Origin: Octopus vulgaris
Taxonomy: Eukaryota
DNA: 64,000 nt
Assembly: GCA_951406725.2 (NCBI GenBank)
Contig: OX597826.1
Coordinates: forward strand, 69,440,001-69,504,000
Direction: 5' to 3'
Part shown: piece by piece, positions 41,417 to 56,159 of the stretch
Layout of the letters: every line of letters begins with the position of its first letter
Position numbering within the stretch: position 1 is the first letter of the stretch
Program-made: the position numbers and the translations under genes
Notes under the pieces: model-generated
Database searches by the model: none
The model's input: the letters and a program-made list of their open reading frames with translations, nothing else
What the model was told of the DNA's origin: nothing

Positions 41417-42769
41417 GTCAATAAGTATCCGGATTGTTGGCATAGTAACGAAGCTAAAGCATGCAGAGTAAAGCTGATCGGCAAAGATTGACCTTGAACT
41501 CGGCTGTGCATGCGCACTAAGTTCTAATGTTCTATCTCACTTTCGCTATTTGAAGCAGTGCTTGGAAGGAACGTGTGTAGCGTGTGATCGTCACATTGAA
41601 AATTACAGAGGAAGCTGTCATGGTGATACCTGCTCAGACGCCTACACAAAGTTGCAGAAAGTGCATGGAGGAGTGTATGAGCTGCACACGAGTATACGAG
41701 TGGTTTAAACGTTTCCAAGATGGCGGAAAAATTGTCGATATTGACGAACGTTCTGGGAGGGCCACAACAACAGAATTGAGAAAAAACCTCGCAGATGTAC
41801 TTGCAACTGTAAGGGGAAATTGTCGAATCAGCATCTGAGTTATCAGAGGATGTGAAGATTAGCTAAGTTTCAGTTCAATCCATTATCACTGAAGATTTGG
41901 CTATGAGACGTGTAGCTATTAGATTTGAATATGAGACCTGCTTTCAGGTGACGAAAAGGACACTCGCATTTCAGTTGCACAGATCTGCTTGATTGTGTCG
42001 AGAACGATGGAACCGTTTTGAAAGCTTTCCCTAGGTATGTGAGCAGGTATCACCAAGCTTTTGGCAAAATTTGATGCTGATTAAGACTATACTCAATGGA
42101 GAGAAGATGGGAGAGTTATGCAGTAACATATATCTGGAAGACCCTGGAAGAAATTGTGCCAAATTTCGGTATTGAAAGCTACACCAATGCTAGAACGGGA
42201 CGACACTGCATAGTGCGAAAGATCCCAGCAACGCCATCACGCTTCAGGACCAGTTACTGCAACAGCCTGGGTTTCAAGGGCCCAAGATTTTTAATATTCT
42301 CCTCAAGAGTCTGAGGAATTTGCATAAAGTAGATATAGGGTTTTTTAAATAAAAGTGGACCTTTTTCTGTCGAGAGTCCCAGATCAAAGTACCTCACGGC
42401 AAGAGGTGCAAATAAGGGTAGCTATATCAAGCTCCATTCTTCACCAAGTGCCACATATTAGAGGAGGCTCTTAGTAATAACAGCCAGTGGCAAAACGACG
42501 GTACATTAGCATGGCCGCAGCTCTGAGCTGAAACTAGAGAGAAAAAAAAAAGACTCTCTGCTCAACTTTCCCTGTCATGGTCTATGCGACGATCACACGC
42601 TACACTCCTTCCTTCCAAGTGTTGCTGTAAACAGCGGAAGTAAATCAGAAAGTTAACACTTGGTGCGCATGCACAGTAGAGATCAAGGTCAACCTGTACT
42701 AAGCGGCTTTACTAGGCATGTTTTAGCTTCGTTATTAACAGTCCGGATATATATTGATCACACCGCGTG
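41417..42769. mobile_element. Non-autonomous mariner derivative with long inverted arms
   Basis: The left arm from 41418 is inverted at 42552-42769 and 42020-42081. The plus strand encodes TRVYEWFKRFQDGGKIVDIDERSGR (mariner HTH), and the minus arm encodes MTGKVEQR/ISIKFCQKLG. Confidence 0.88.
42082..42551 (+). mobile_element. 5'-truncated CR1/L2-like LINE 3' end inserted in the mariner derivative
   Basis: Peptide YSMERRWESYAVTYIWKTLEEIVPN...NSLGFKGPR (SLERRR..Y..IWK...PN motif), then a 3' UTR and an A10 tail at 42542-42551. Confidence 0.85.
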
Positions 42770-43037
42770 TTATGGCAATATGGAGAATATATATTGAATA
42801 TTTAAGAGTCAATAATTACCGAAAAAATATTAACTATTATTGATGCCGAGCACTTAACATTTAGTAAAGTGCATCGATAACAGAACATAAATATAGATTT
42901 TAAAAAGGGAAAAGGTAGACATACTTACACACAAACTACAACGTATATACCGCCTCAGTCTCTAAGGCACACCAAACATACAGAAGCATACACATACACG
43001 CACACACACCAGCGCACACACATATGTATATATAAGT

Positions 43038-43102
<65 letters not shown>

Positions 43103-43122
43103 ATATATGTAGGTATGAATGA

Positions 43123-43183
<61 letters not shown>

Positions 43184-43296
43184 TTATACATAAAATGCAC
43201 ACGCGTTTATGTTTGAAAAATATACATATATAAATCTATAGAACCAATTTATCTATATTTGTCTGTCTGTCTATTTAATTATATATTTATCTATCC

Positions 43297-43334
<38 letters not shown>

Positions 43335-43409
43335 ATAGAATGCGACCTATCTATTGATCTGTTTTCCTAACACTGTATATATACATAAATAAACATATGT
43401 ATATATATG

Positions 43410-43445
<36 letters not shown>

Positions 43446-44166
43446 AAGAGGGGAGAGAGAGACAAAGGGAGAGAGAGATACATATAGACATATCTCTCTC
43501 CCTATATATATATGTATATATATATTTATAAATATATATATGTATATTTGTATATATATATGAATTTATATATGTATATATATGTGTGTGTGTGTGTGCG
43601 TAAATGCGTGTGTGTGTGTAAATATGTGTACATATGTGTTTGTGTTTATGTAAGTATTTATGCATGTAAGACTTCGTGTATATTCAAGTGTAATTATCAT
43701 CTGGCAAGTTCTAAAATGTTTCAAAAATATGGAAGTATGAGTAAAATATAGAGCTAACAAGACAGAGATTATCTAAACTAGGGCATTCTTAAACAAATAA
43801 ACAGATTACTAAGAAAAGGAAACATGCAGATAACGCACTAGCAACATGCACACGTACACATCAATTATCACAAGTATACACACATTATGTGTGTATGTGT
43901 GCGTATGAATGTATGTATATAGAGGTGTGTGCGTGTGTGTGTATGTGTGTGTGTGTGTTTATGTGTGTGTGTGTGTGTGTAGTGTTTATAGTAAACGGCA
44001 GTTTCACACTGGTATGGAAAGCAATTAGGAAAGGAAAGTACTCAATACATGCAGTAAAGTATAATGACGTTTTTCTTTTAAAGCTTCACTTCAGCTTCCG
44101 CATGCGTGTGGTTTGTGTGTGTATATATACATATACATGCGTATATACATACATAGACATATACAT

Positions 44167-44210
<44 letters not shown>

Positions 44211-44240
44211 TCATATATATATATATATATATACAAATTC

Positions 44241-44343
<103 letters not shown>

Positions 44344-44346
44344 ATG

Positions 44347-44387
<41 letters not shown>

Positions 44388-44806
44388 ACATATATGTACA
44401 TATATATACATATATAGTTAAAGACATACATAAATATATATATAGATAGATAGATATACACACACACACGTATATCTGAAATAATACTTACGTCTTTACA
44501 CATATATAACTATACATTTATATAAATATATATGTATATAAGTATATATATATATGCATTTTATATACATTTGCATATATATGAAGACACATATATACAT
44601 AAATATAAAGTACATGTGTACCTAAATACACATGCACAGTTTCATACACACATGTGTATAAATGTATCAATGTTTAAACAGGTGTCAGTCATCATGTATA
44701 TATGAATTACGCATTAACCATATATAGACGCATACATTCATACACACATACATAACTATATGTGTGTGTGTATAACATACATACATATGTATATAAGTAA
44801 ATAGAC

Positions 44807-44844
<38 letters not shown>

Positions 44845-45104
44845 GTACATAGTCGCATACATTGATGTATAGAGCTATATATACATATATACATATATAC
44901 ATTCATAATATATCTATATAAACACTCTAATTTATACGCAATTTATGTATTTATGTACCAAATAAGAATACAGAAGCCGTATGAGTTGATAAATGCTTAT
45001 ATGCGCAGTTTTTCTTATACGCACTCACACACACACACACACACACATATATGTATGTATATAACTAAATATGCATATATATATACATATATACATATGT
45101 ACAT

Positions 45105-45179
<75 letters not shown>

Positions 45180-45194
45180 TATAGATAGATAGAC

Positions 45195-45286
<92 letters not shown>

Positions 45287-46075
45287 TGATAGATAATGAA
45301 AGTATGTGAGGAATGAGCGGAAGCGATGGGGATAGTGCAAAGTGGAAACATGACGATTTGAATGGTAAATATTTCAAGATATGATTGACCTTATCTGAAA
45401 AATAAGCAATCAAATATTTCTGTAAATCCATGCTTCGGAATGTGTATGCGTGTGTGTGTATGTGTGTGTCTGTGCTCTTTCTTTCTCTCTGTCTGTGTCT
45501 ATGTGTGAGTGCACGCTCTTTTGTGCGTAAGTGTGTTTTTGCGTCTGTGAATGCATATGTGCGTGTTTACACATACAACGTGTGTTCGAAGAGCTGAGAA
45601 CAGTGAAACCACTTACACAAAACTGTTTCTTCTGATAATTCTGTATTAATTTGTCTCTTTTCAACATGTCTTTATATAATTAATAATTTCTAATTTTAGA
45701 CACGTTTGTCATATTTAGACCATTATTTGAATAAAAAAATTTAAAGTTTTAAGCACACATACATAAAATATATATATACATATATAGTACATCATATTAG
45801 GGATTATATTATATCATATAAAATTTATTATATTACCCGCACACATACATATAGATGCATATATATATATGTGTATATATATGTATATATATACATATGT
45901 AGATATACATATATATACATTTATATATGTGTGTATGTTTGTGTGTGTAATATAATATATATGTATATATATGTGCATATATGTTTATGCGTATATATAT
46001 ATATATGTGTGTGTGTGTATATATGTATATATATATGTATATTTATATATATATATATATTTATATATTTATATA

Positions 46076-46123
<48 letters not shown>

Positions 46124-46329
46124 TACGTACATATATATGAACGTATATATATCTATATATATATACACATACGTACATATATATGAACGTATATATATAT
46201 ATTCGTAAGCAGATGCGCATAGCAGACTAACTTGGAACGTGTTCATGCATGCTTGCAATATGTTTGAAATCATAACCACTTTAACGTTTTTAATAGTTTT
46301 TCACTACGCTTTGTCGTGGAGACAGAATT

Positions 46330-46510
46330 CTCGCTTACGATAAAATACCTTAAAACACAGTTTCCAACTCAGAGCATACGCATTGGAATGATACACTCAT
46401 TTCAAACTCTTCTCTTTACATAGATGTGCGTAACACCGAGTGAAAATTGAGCCTACTCAAATAATTTGGAAGCGATATCTTAGATACCTGAAATCTGTCA
46501 ATCTTATGAA
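46330..46510 (+). repeat. Unclassified dispersed repeat (second copy about 49725-49897)
   Basis: Shared cttaaaacacagttt...catttcaaactcttc...gaaaattgagcc.actcaaataatt.ggaagcgatatctta...gtcaatcttatgaa. Confidence 0.85.
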
Positions 46511-46803
46511 CAAGAAACGTACACTGGTCGTAGGTTGGAAAAAAAATCCTTTTAGTATATGCGCAAAGTAATAATGAAACACGTACTTCTATGAATTTGA
46601 GAGATATTTGAATCTGTGCTGGCTTTACACTGCAGTTTTGAATTATCACAGTTGTCCGATGAGCAGCGAAGTGAAACTCTGAGAAGCACTCCATGAATTT
46701 TATCGTTTTTAATGAATAGTACATACGCATACATGCGTACTTGCATACATACATACAGACAGCTAGATCGACAAAAGACATATATATATATATAGATATA
46801 GAT

Positions 46804-46866
<63 letters not shown>

Positions 46867-46999
46867 CACAGACCATGATGTAGAAATACCCACGTACAAT
46901 ATATCTATGTGTGTATGTGTATATATATATATATACATATACAAAAATACGCCTATATATATATTTATATATTTACATATATATGGGCATACATGCATG

Positions 47000-47044
<45 letters not shown>

Positions 47045-47094
47045 CGCCTCTGTGTGTGAACGAGTATGTGTTTGTGTGTGTAAATAGTGTGAGA

Positions 47095-47606
47095 ATTGAT
47101 TTCTACTGCAAAACCATACAGACCTGGAACCAACATATATGACCGATGTTTAGAAGAATTTAAACGGATTTTCACGTCCAATGGTAATGTAATAAATACT
47201 AGACAGGAATAATCTTTAAGATGCTTGCACAAAAGGAAATTCCCATTTGCTAAGTATAAATGAATAATTATCATTTAAACAATAGAAGGTTTTGAAATGA
47301 TGGACTAAAAATGATTATTCAGTAAAAAAAATACTTGAAATGGAGATTGTTCGCGTCTAACTTCACGGACAGCTCTACATCATACAACGCAGAGTAGATA
47401 ATTGAAACACTTAAACGGCCGAATTGAAGGATGTCAAGAAAAGACCCTGAGGATACTGCACTGGCGTTATAGTAGGTTTGCGATTGCAATGGTTACTAAT
47501 CGGTGCAACTGAAACATGTGTTGGGCTAAGTAAGGCAGTACATAAATTAGAGAATTAAATGTCATGCTATGCAACTTCGTAGTACTCTTTATCATTAATA
47601 TTGTTT
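47095..47606 (+). mobile_element. Penelope-like element 3' end (GIY-YIG C-terminus plus 3' terminal region)
   Basis: 47099-47263 reads ISTAKPYRPGTNIYDRCLEEFKRIFTSNGNVINTRQE*SLRCLHKRKFPFAKYK*, matching the A.PY....C.LCL.E......LN.R.E....C.HKRKF pattern. Ends in (TA)n. Confidence 0.85.
47442..47527 (+). ncRNA. Type I hammerhead ribozyme-like motif with long stem II
   Basis: agacc-CTGAGGA-tac-tgcactgg...tcggtgca-act-GAA-AC-atgt-GT-T-gggct. The core is intact, stem I has 4 of 5 bp, and the base of stem II is mismatched. Confidence 0.65.
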
Positions 47607-47608
47607 AC

Positions 47609-47698
<90 letters not shown>

Positions 47699-48083
47699 CA
47701 CACACACATACATATATATATATATATTATATATCTAATATATATATATAATTAAATTAGATGTTTAGGAATATATATATATATATATATACATATATAT
47801 ATGCACATATATATATATATATACATATATACACATATATACGCATATATGTACACTCGCATGCACACACAGATATGTGTGTGTGTGTGTTTGCTTACGT
47901 GTGTATATGCGTGCTTATATAAAAGTAGGTATGTTTCCATAACCCTTGTCCATGACTTTTTAATTATCATCTATATTTATCTCTTATAATAATACTCATC
48001 CTCACCATCAGAGACTGACTAACATTTCAACATCTAACTCCTCCTAAACTCTTCTAGCAAAATACACTTATGTTTAAAACTGG

Positions 48084-48138
<55 letters not shown>

Positions 48139-48170
48139 AATATATATATATATATATTTATACATATATA

Positions 48171-48206
<36 letters not shown>

Positions 48207-48478
48207 TGTATGTATGTATGTATGTATGTATGTTTCATCTCTTTGCCAAAATTATTAATTGACATTTGATTCTTGATTATTCATTAATTAATAATTAGTT
48301 ATTGATGACTGAGAAATAATTAATCAATTCTCACTTTCAATCATGAGAAACTCTGTATGCTTCTTTTTTTTAAAGATACGAATGCATGCGCATTGCGCAT
48401 GTAGGCATATCTAATTGTAACCACATATGTATATGCATATGTATATGCATATATATATATGCATATATATCTATGTAC

Positions 48479-48511
<33 letters not shown>

Positions 48512-50099
48512 GATATATATATGGATATATACATAAATATTTCTATATATATATACACATATATATATATGTATACACACACACACACATATATATATAT
48601 ACATACACGCAGACACATTTTTTATACTTCCAATATTTTACATCGTATGCTCATTTCTTGCGTAAACGTCTGCGCATTTCTGTTTTTGTTTCAAAAGTAA
48701 CGCATAACTAACATCCCGGCTTTATTATCTCATAATTTATTAATCACATAGTTTATTCTAACTTTATTTCAACATTATTATACTGCAGACATTCAGCTCT
48801 TTGTCATATTCATTTTAATTCAACTTTGACTCCTACTTCTATTCCTTCTTCATTCTTCGCTTCCAACTCTGTTTCATCGCTTGAATGTTAATAATTAATA
48901 AAAATATTTCCTATCGAATTTCAAAATTCTAAATTCCATGCTAACAGTTTTGCCTGTCTAATTTTGAATTCATATTATTAAATATTTAAGCTGAATTTCG
49001 ATATTGCTCAACACTCTTTATAATTCCTGCCATTTCTTTCCACTTTGGTATTATTAATAAAGAGCACAGCCAGCGAAACAGGATTAAGTTTATCAATATT
49101 TACTTTAATAAAATAGCATTGAATTCTTTTAATCAAATTTGTCGTTCTTTCGCTTTAAAGAAACATTTCTACACACAATCACACACACACGCAAACACAC
49201 AAAGAGACTTGTACACAGATACAGACACGAGCAAACACGTCTGAAAACACACAAATACAAACTTAGTTTATATTGTTGAAAATAAGGTTTGGCAAGTTAA
49301 CTGCGCTACTTGACAAATAATATGGCGACAGATAATACATGTGCAAGATATACCGGAAGCTCGGTGCAAATGGGCGTTTACAAATCTGTTTTTTTTTTTT
49401 TTATCATTCGTCAACTGGAAACCATAAATCTTACCTCGTAAGACAAAATTGTTCATTCCAACGGTGGCAACAGCTTATTAGATTTTCGAAGTTACAAAAA
49501 TTTCCTTCATACTCATTTTTTTCATCTCACCTGCTACTCTTTCCTACTTCCGTTTCCTTCTTCTTTCCTATTTTGTCCTTCCGTTACAAGTCTCTTTTGC
49601 AACTGCCATCCCCAGCAACAAGACGTTGATTTTTCTTACCGCGATCAATTAGTTGCCTATAGCCACACAGCACTCCGTTATTCTCAATGCATTACCTTAT
49701 GTACAGTCTGGGTCGAAAGGCAAATTGCTTACGATTATATAGCTTAAAACACAGTTTTCAACTCATTGGAATGATAGATGCATTTCAAACTCTTCCCTTT
49801 ACATAGACGTGGTTAACACCGTATATGAAAATTGAGCCAACTCAAATAATTGGGAAGCGATATCTTACTTACTTGAAATATGTCAATCTTATGAATTGGT
49901 TTCCAATTATTTCCGTCTTAAACATATCGTCATGTAGTATCACTTTAACTCATCTACTTTATTTCATCCTGTAACTTGTTTTGTCATTCCACACGACACT
50001 TCCTATACGATTATGGACTTTGGTCCATTTCCATTTGTATGCAGACATCTGAGTGCAGATACAGACTTCAATATATATTCTATGTGTATGTGCATATAT

Positions 50100-50286
50100 T
50101 TATGCCTGATCACCGTATCCACAAGTCTTTTTCATTTTCTCTGTTTATCTTCTCTTATTCCTTTCTGCTGAAGAGCGTAGGCTCGAAACGTAAGAGACTT
50201 TCTCACTTTCCCGAGCGTCAGACTAATACATCTGCTTGTTGTTCATACACCTGTATTCGTCTTTTGATTTTCTATAAATTTCAACT
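50100..50286 (+). mobile_element. Family H copy 3 with minimal hammerhead motif (50161-50196)
   Basis: cttt-CTGCTGA-A-GAGC-gtag-GCTC-GAA-ACGT-A-agag. The 3' end runs into (TA)n. Confidence 0.72.
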
Positions 50287-50308
50287 AGATATACATATAT
50301 ATATAAAT

Positions 50309-50343
<35 letters not shown>

Positions 50344-50372
50344 CATAAATATATATATACACACATATATAC

Positions 50373-50405
<33 letters not shown>

Positions 50406-50414
50406 TGTATATAT

Positions 50415-50786
50415 ATACTCTTTACTCTTTACTCTTTTACTTGTTTCAGTCATTTGACTGCGGCCATGCTGGAGCACCGCCTTTTAGTCGAGCAAATCGA
50501 CCCCGGGACTTATTCTTTGTAAGCCCGGTACTTATTCTATCGGTTTCTTTTGCCGAACCGCTAATTGACGGGGACGTAAACACACAGGCAATGCTAGGGG
50601 GACAAACACAGACACACAAACACACACATATATATATATATACATATATACGACAGGCTTCTTTCAGTTTCCCTCTACCGGGGCTATTGCAGAAGACACT
50701 TGCCCAAGATGCCACGCAGTGGGACTGAACCCGAAACCATGTGGTTGGTTAGCAAGCTACTTACCACACAGCCACTCCTGCGCCTA
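50415..50786 (-). mobile_element. Family C SINE
   Basis: Head taggcgcaggagtggctgtgtggtaag, an internal microsatellite and an (AGTAAAAG)n tail. Confidence 0.92.
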
Positions 50787-51139
50787 TATACATATATATA
50801 TATATATATATTTGGAGAGATTTTTTTCTCAAAGTTAAGATTGAGGTATAAACCTTTTTAGAAAGTCGAAAGACACTAACCTTTGGGAAGAGATTTGACA
50901 AAATGTGTGTAGGCTTTGCTTTTATAGATGTGCAAGCGCTTTCAGTTCTAACCTTTTCAATCACGTGTGCAGACAACTACGATGGAAGAATAAGCAAATG
51001 TACACCAGGAACAAATAATTTGTGCAGGTAGTTCGGTGAAAGCTGAACGTTCATATGTCGTCTTTATGTATGTATGTATGTATGTATGTATGTATGTATG
51101 TATGTATGTATGTATGTATGTATACATGTATACATGCTA

Positions 51140-51397
51140 CGCTCGTGAGACTGCATGTGTTATGCGTGACACAGAGTTTAACATGGCTGGCCTCTTTGAA
51201 ATACAGGCAGAAAAGAAACAGGGAGAGAGAGTGAGAGAAAATTGCGGTGAAAGAGTACAGCAGGGTTCAACACCAGCCCATAAGTGAGCTTCGTGGAGTT
51301 TTAGGCGTTTTCGCACAATAAACACCCAGAACGCCGGATTTGGGAATCGAAACCTGAGTCCTACGACTGCGAGTCCGTTGCCCTAACCACTGGGACA

Positions 51398-51400
<3 letters not shown>
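51140..51400 (-). mobile_element. OR-like SINE (tail type 2), truncated
   Basis: Aligns with 14595-14805. Confidence 0.8.
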
Positions 51401-51736
<336 letters not shown>

Positions 51737-52059
51737 TATATTCGAAGCAAGGCTGTTGTCCCTTGAATTATGCTTTCGCTTAGATGAATTCTCGCTTTTG
51801 TTTGCGTATTTGAAGAACTCATTGTTATTGTTATACGTATTTTATTGCTTCCACAATTATCAACCTCAGACTCACTGCACCTTTAAACTTTTATCTACCT
51901 TTCAATCCACTCAACGTTCTATATTTATTAGTTTCGATTTTGTTGCTGATGCTATTGTTGTTCTTGTTGTACTTGTCCTTGTTCTTGTTGATGTTGTTGT
52001 TGTTGTTATTATTATTATTATCATCATCATTAATATCATTATTATTATCATTATTATTA

Positions 52060-52160
<101 letters not shown>

Positions 52161-52625
52161 GAGTGAGAGAGCAGTTCATGCCATCAAAGTGACACTGGGG
52201 TAAATATACGAAGCCCAATATACCCATCATGACTACCCGTCTGATAAAGGTACACCAGGCACATGCATCACAACCATATGTGCGCGACTTAGTGATCTCA
52301 TATCAAGGTAAACAGCGCATGACCTTGCAGGTGGGGCCCAGTTAGAATTTTCTTCAGGTTGAGTAGCCCATCCCGCTCAAACGGTCCCTGAATAAGGGTT
52401 GTTTAAGGATGTTGAAAGAACCACCCATGTTTCCAGAGGTGAACTATTCAAACCCCAAAGAATCCCTCTCAACAGATGCTCCCCCACTACTTCTGCTCGT
52501 GATCAGAGATGCACATATCGTCAGCCACTAAGGGACATGCTCAACTGGTTAAGGTCAAACAACTGACAAGCAATTCTGTGGTATTGAGCAGAATATTTGC
52601 TGTAGCCCATCTTTTATACCAAGAC
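52161..52625 (-). mobile_element. LINE 3' fragment embedded in (TTA)n, R4/Dong-like
   Basis: 465 bp of complex sequence with sharp junctions to pure (TTA)n on both sides. Dong/R4 elements are known TAA-repeat targeters. Clade and strand are inferred. Confidence 0.6.
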
Positions 52626-52693
<68 letters not shown>

Positions 52694-52789
52694 TTTATTT
52701 CTACTTCTGTTTGCATTTCAATTCTAAACCCCGCAAACTTAACTTTCATTTACATTTCTATTGCATTTCTATTTCTGAGTTTCGTTATA

Positions 52790-53290
52790 TACATACATGC
52801 ATACATACATGAATACATACATACATACATACATACATACATACAAATATATATACATACATACATATATATATATACATACATACATGCATACATACAT
52901 ATATACATACATGCATACATACAAACATACATACATACATGCATACATACATCCATCCATCCATCCATACATACATACATACATGCATTACATACATACA
53001 TGAATACATACATACATACATACATACATACATACATGCATACATGCATACATACATACATACATACATACATACATACATGCATTACATGCATACATGA
53101 ATACATACATACATACATACATACATACATACATACATACATGCATACATGCATACATACATACATATATACATGCATACATACATACATACATGCATAC
53201 ATACATACATGCATACATACATACATACGTACATACGTACATACATACGTACATACGTACATACATACGTACATACAAACGTACATACGC
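52790..53290. repeat. (CATA)n array with CATG/CGTA variants
   Basis: Direct reading. Confidence 0.95.
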
Positions 53291-53555
53291 ACATACATAT
53301 ATATATATATACACACACACAAATATATATATATATATATGTATGCAATTATTTATTTATTTATTTGAATTAATATAATTTCCTCTGCAAATAGGTATAA
53401 CAATGGTTCAGTAATCCCTCAGGTGCTCCCAAACGAAACAATACGCCTTTGGCTGGGCTTACTCTTTCAATAACACACACACACGCGCGCAAGCAAGCAT
53501 ACACACACATTCAGAAACATGCACATACGCGCACTGACGCATGTTTTATATATAA

Positions 53556-53608
<53 letters not shown>

Positions 53609-54064
53609 GCACGGGAAACGTAAGCGCACCAACATATTCATGCATAGGTGTGTGTGTGTGTGTGTGTATGCGTGTGTGTGCGTGAGTGTGAGTGCGTGTG
53701 CGTGTGTGAGTACAAGTGTGCACAAATGCACACACATATATACGTCTATATGCATAAATATATATACACAGGGTGAAGAGATTTGTAACCTGTGTTACAT
53801 ATATATATATATGCGTGTGTGTGTATATACATGCATATATGGGTGTGTATATACATGCATATATATATGCACACACACATATATACATATATATACATAC
53901 ATAAATACATATATATATAAGCATATAGATACACAAATATATATGCATGTGTATGTATGTATGTATGTATGTATGTTTGTATGTATGCATGCATGGATGT
54001 ATGTATGCATACATGATTGTATTTATGCATGCATATATGTATGAATAATATATGCGTGTATGTT

Positions 54065-54134
<70 letters not shown>

Positions 54135-54724
54135 GATACATATATATGTATATACGCATGTATATATATGTATGTATGTATTTATGTATGCATGCATGCA
54201 TGTTTGTATGTAAGTATGTATGTATGTAGGTAGGTATGTAGATAGGTATGTATATCTAATTTGGCAGCATATTAAAAATTCTTATTCGAAGTCCTGCAAC
54301 CCGTAAAATTTATAAGTGACAGGAAGTATGGAAAGAAAGGAAAATATAACATTGTGATATACAACACCTTTTAACGACGTGATATCAACAGCCAATTGTA
54401 ACCTTTCCCGGAAGCTGTGAGTTTGTTATCACTTTCCCTATGAGTATCTCCTTGTTTGTCTGCTGATAAAAATTCCTGTATATCTGTACAGAAATCTGGT
54501 TGATTTCATTATATATATATTTCCAGTGCATTTAGCTCCCAGCGAAATATCTTTCGCAGTATTCGTGATCAACCTGTGTTACTGTTCGGAATAACAGAAT
54601 ATATTTGTATTGGCCATGTCCATATCCGTTTTATTGTGTGTGCGTGTATGTGTGTGTGTTTTTATGTATGTATCTATGTATCGATCTGTGTATGCAAACT
54701 TATATATGTATATATACATATATA

Positions 54725-55113
54725 CTCTACTCTTTTACTCTTTTACTTGTTTCAGTCATTTGACTGCGGCCATGCTGGAGCACTGCCTTTTGTCGAGCAA
54801 ATCAACTTCAGGACTTATTCTTTGTAAGCCTAGTACATATTCTAGTACAAATCGCTAAGTTACGGGGGCGTAAACACACCAGCATCGGTTGTCAAGCGAT
54901 GTTGGGGGAACAAACACAGGCACACAAACACATACATATACATATATACGACGGGCTTCTTTCAGTTTCCCTCTACCAAATCCACTCACAAAGCTTTGGT
55001 CAGCCCGAGGCTATAGTAGAAAACACTTGCCCAAGGTGCCACGCAGTGGAGCCGAACATAGAACAATGTGGTTGGTAAGCAAGCTACTTACCACAAAGCC
55101 ACTCCTGCACCTA
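54725..55113 (-). mobile_element. Family C SINE, near full length (older partial copy 55145-55370)
   Basis: Complete head-to-tail structure. Confidence 0.92.
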
Positions 55114-55502
55114 TATATATATATATATATATATATTCGATATTTTATCTTTTACTTGTTTCAGTCATTAAACTGCGACCATGCTGAGGTAACGCATTGA
55201 AGAATTTTTAGTCGAACGAATCGACCCCCAGTATTTATCATTCTTTTAAGCTTATACTTATCCTATCGATTTCTTTCGTCAAGCCATTGTTACGTAGACC
55301 TAAACACACCAGCAGAGATTGTAAAGCGTTGCTGAATGACAAAAGCTGGCACAAAGACATAAACACTCACACATGCACACATATACACACAGCCACGCAC
55401 ACACACATACTACCTCTCTATCTATATCTATATATTTATCTTATATTTACGCATATATACACATACATATATATATGAATATGTATATACACACACATAC
55501 AA

Positions 55503-55561
<59 letters not shown>

Positions 55562-55568
55562 CATATAT

Positions 55569-55700
55569 AGGGGAGAATTCACAAAAAAAAACATGAAGGC
55601 AGGTGGTGTAGACAGCAAAGAGATGTATTAGTATAACGCCCGAGAAATGAAAAAGTCTTTAACGTTTCGAGCCTATGCTCTTCCACAGAAAGGAACCCAA

Positions 55701-55701
<1 letters not shown>
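55569..55701 (-). mobile_element. Family H copy 4 with minimal hammerhead motif (55657-55692)
   Basis: Minus strand cttt-CTGTGGA-A-GAGC-atag-GCTC-GAA-ACGT-T-aaag, located between (TA)n and (CA)n. Confidence 0.72.
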
Positions 55702-55761
<60 letters not shown>

Positions 55762-56159
55762 CGACTCTCAAAGCGTTGTCGGTCCGAGCTACCCTAGAAA
55801 ACACTTGAACAAGGTATCTTGCGTTGGAATTGAACCTGGAACCATATGGCTGGAAATTGTGAACATATAGAGTGAGAGAAAAAGAAAGAAAGAGATAGCA
55901 ATGCAAATAATTAATGTTGACGCACACACACTCATTTGTATGTTTGTGTGTATATGTACATAGATTGATAGATAAATAGATAGATACGTACATACATAGT
56001 ACGTACATGCATACATATACACATGCATACAGATACATAAATTCATATAACTACATATATTCATAATGATAAGCACAGATATAAATGTGTGTATATGTGT
56101 GCGTGTGCATATGTATATCTACATATGTGTATGTATGTATGTGTGTATACATATATACA

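Noticed and set aside
46656-46682. ccgatgag...gaaactc hammerhead-like string
   Set aside because: Core mismatch, a 2-bp stem II and impossible stem III geometry.
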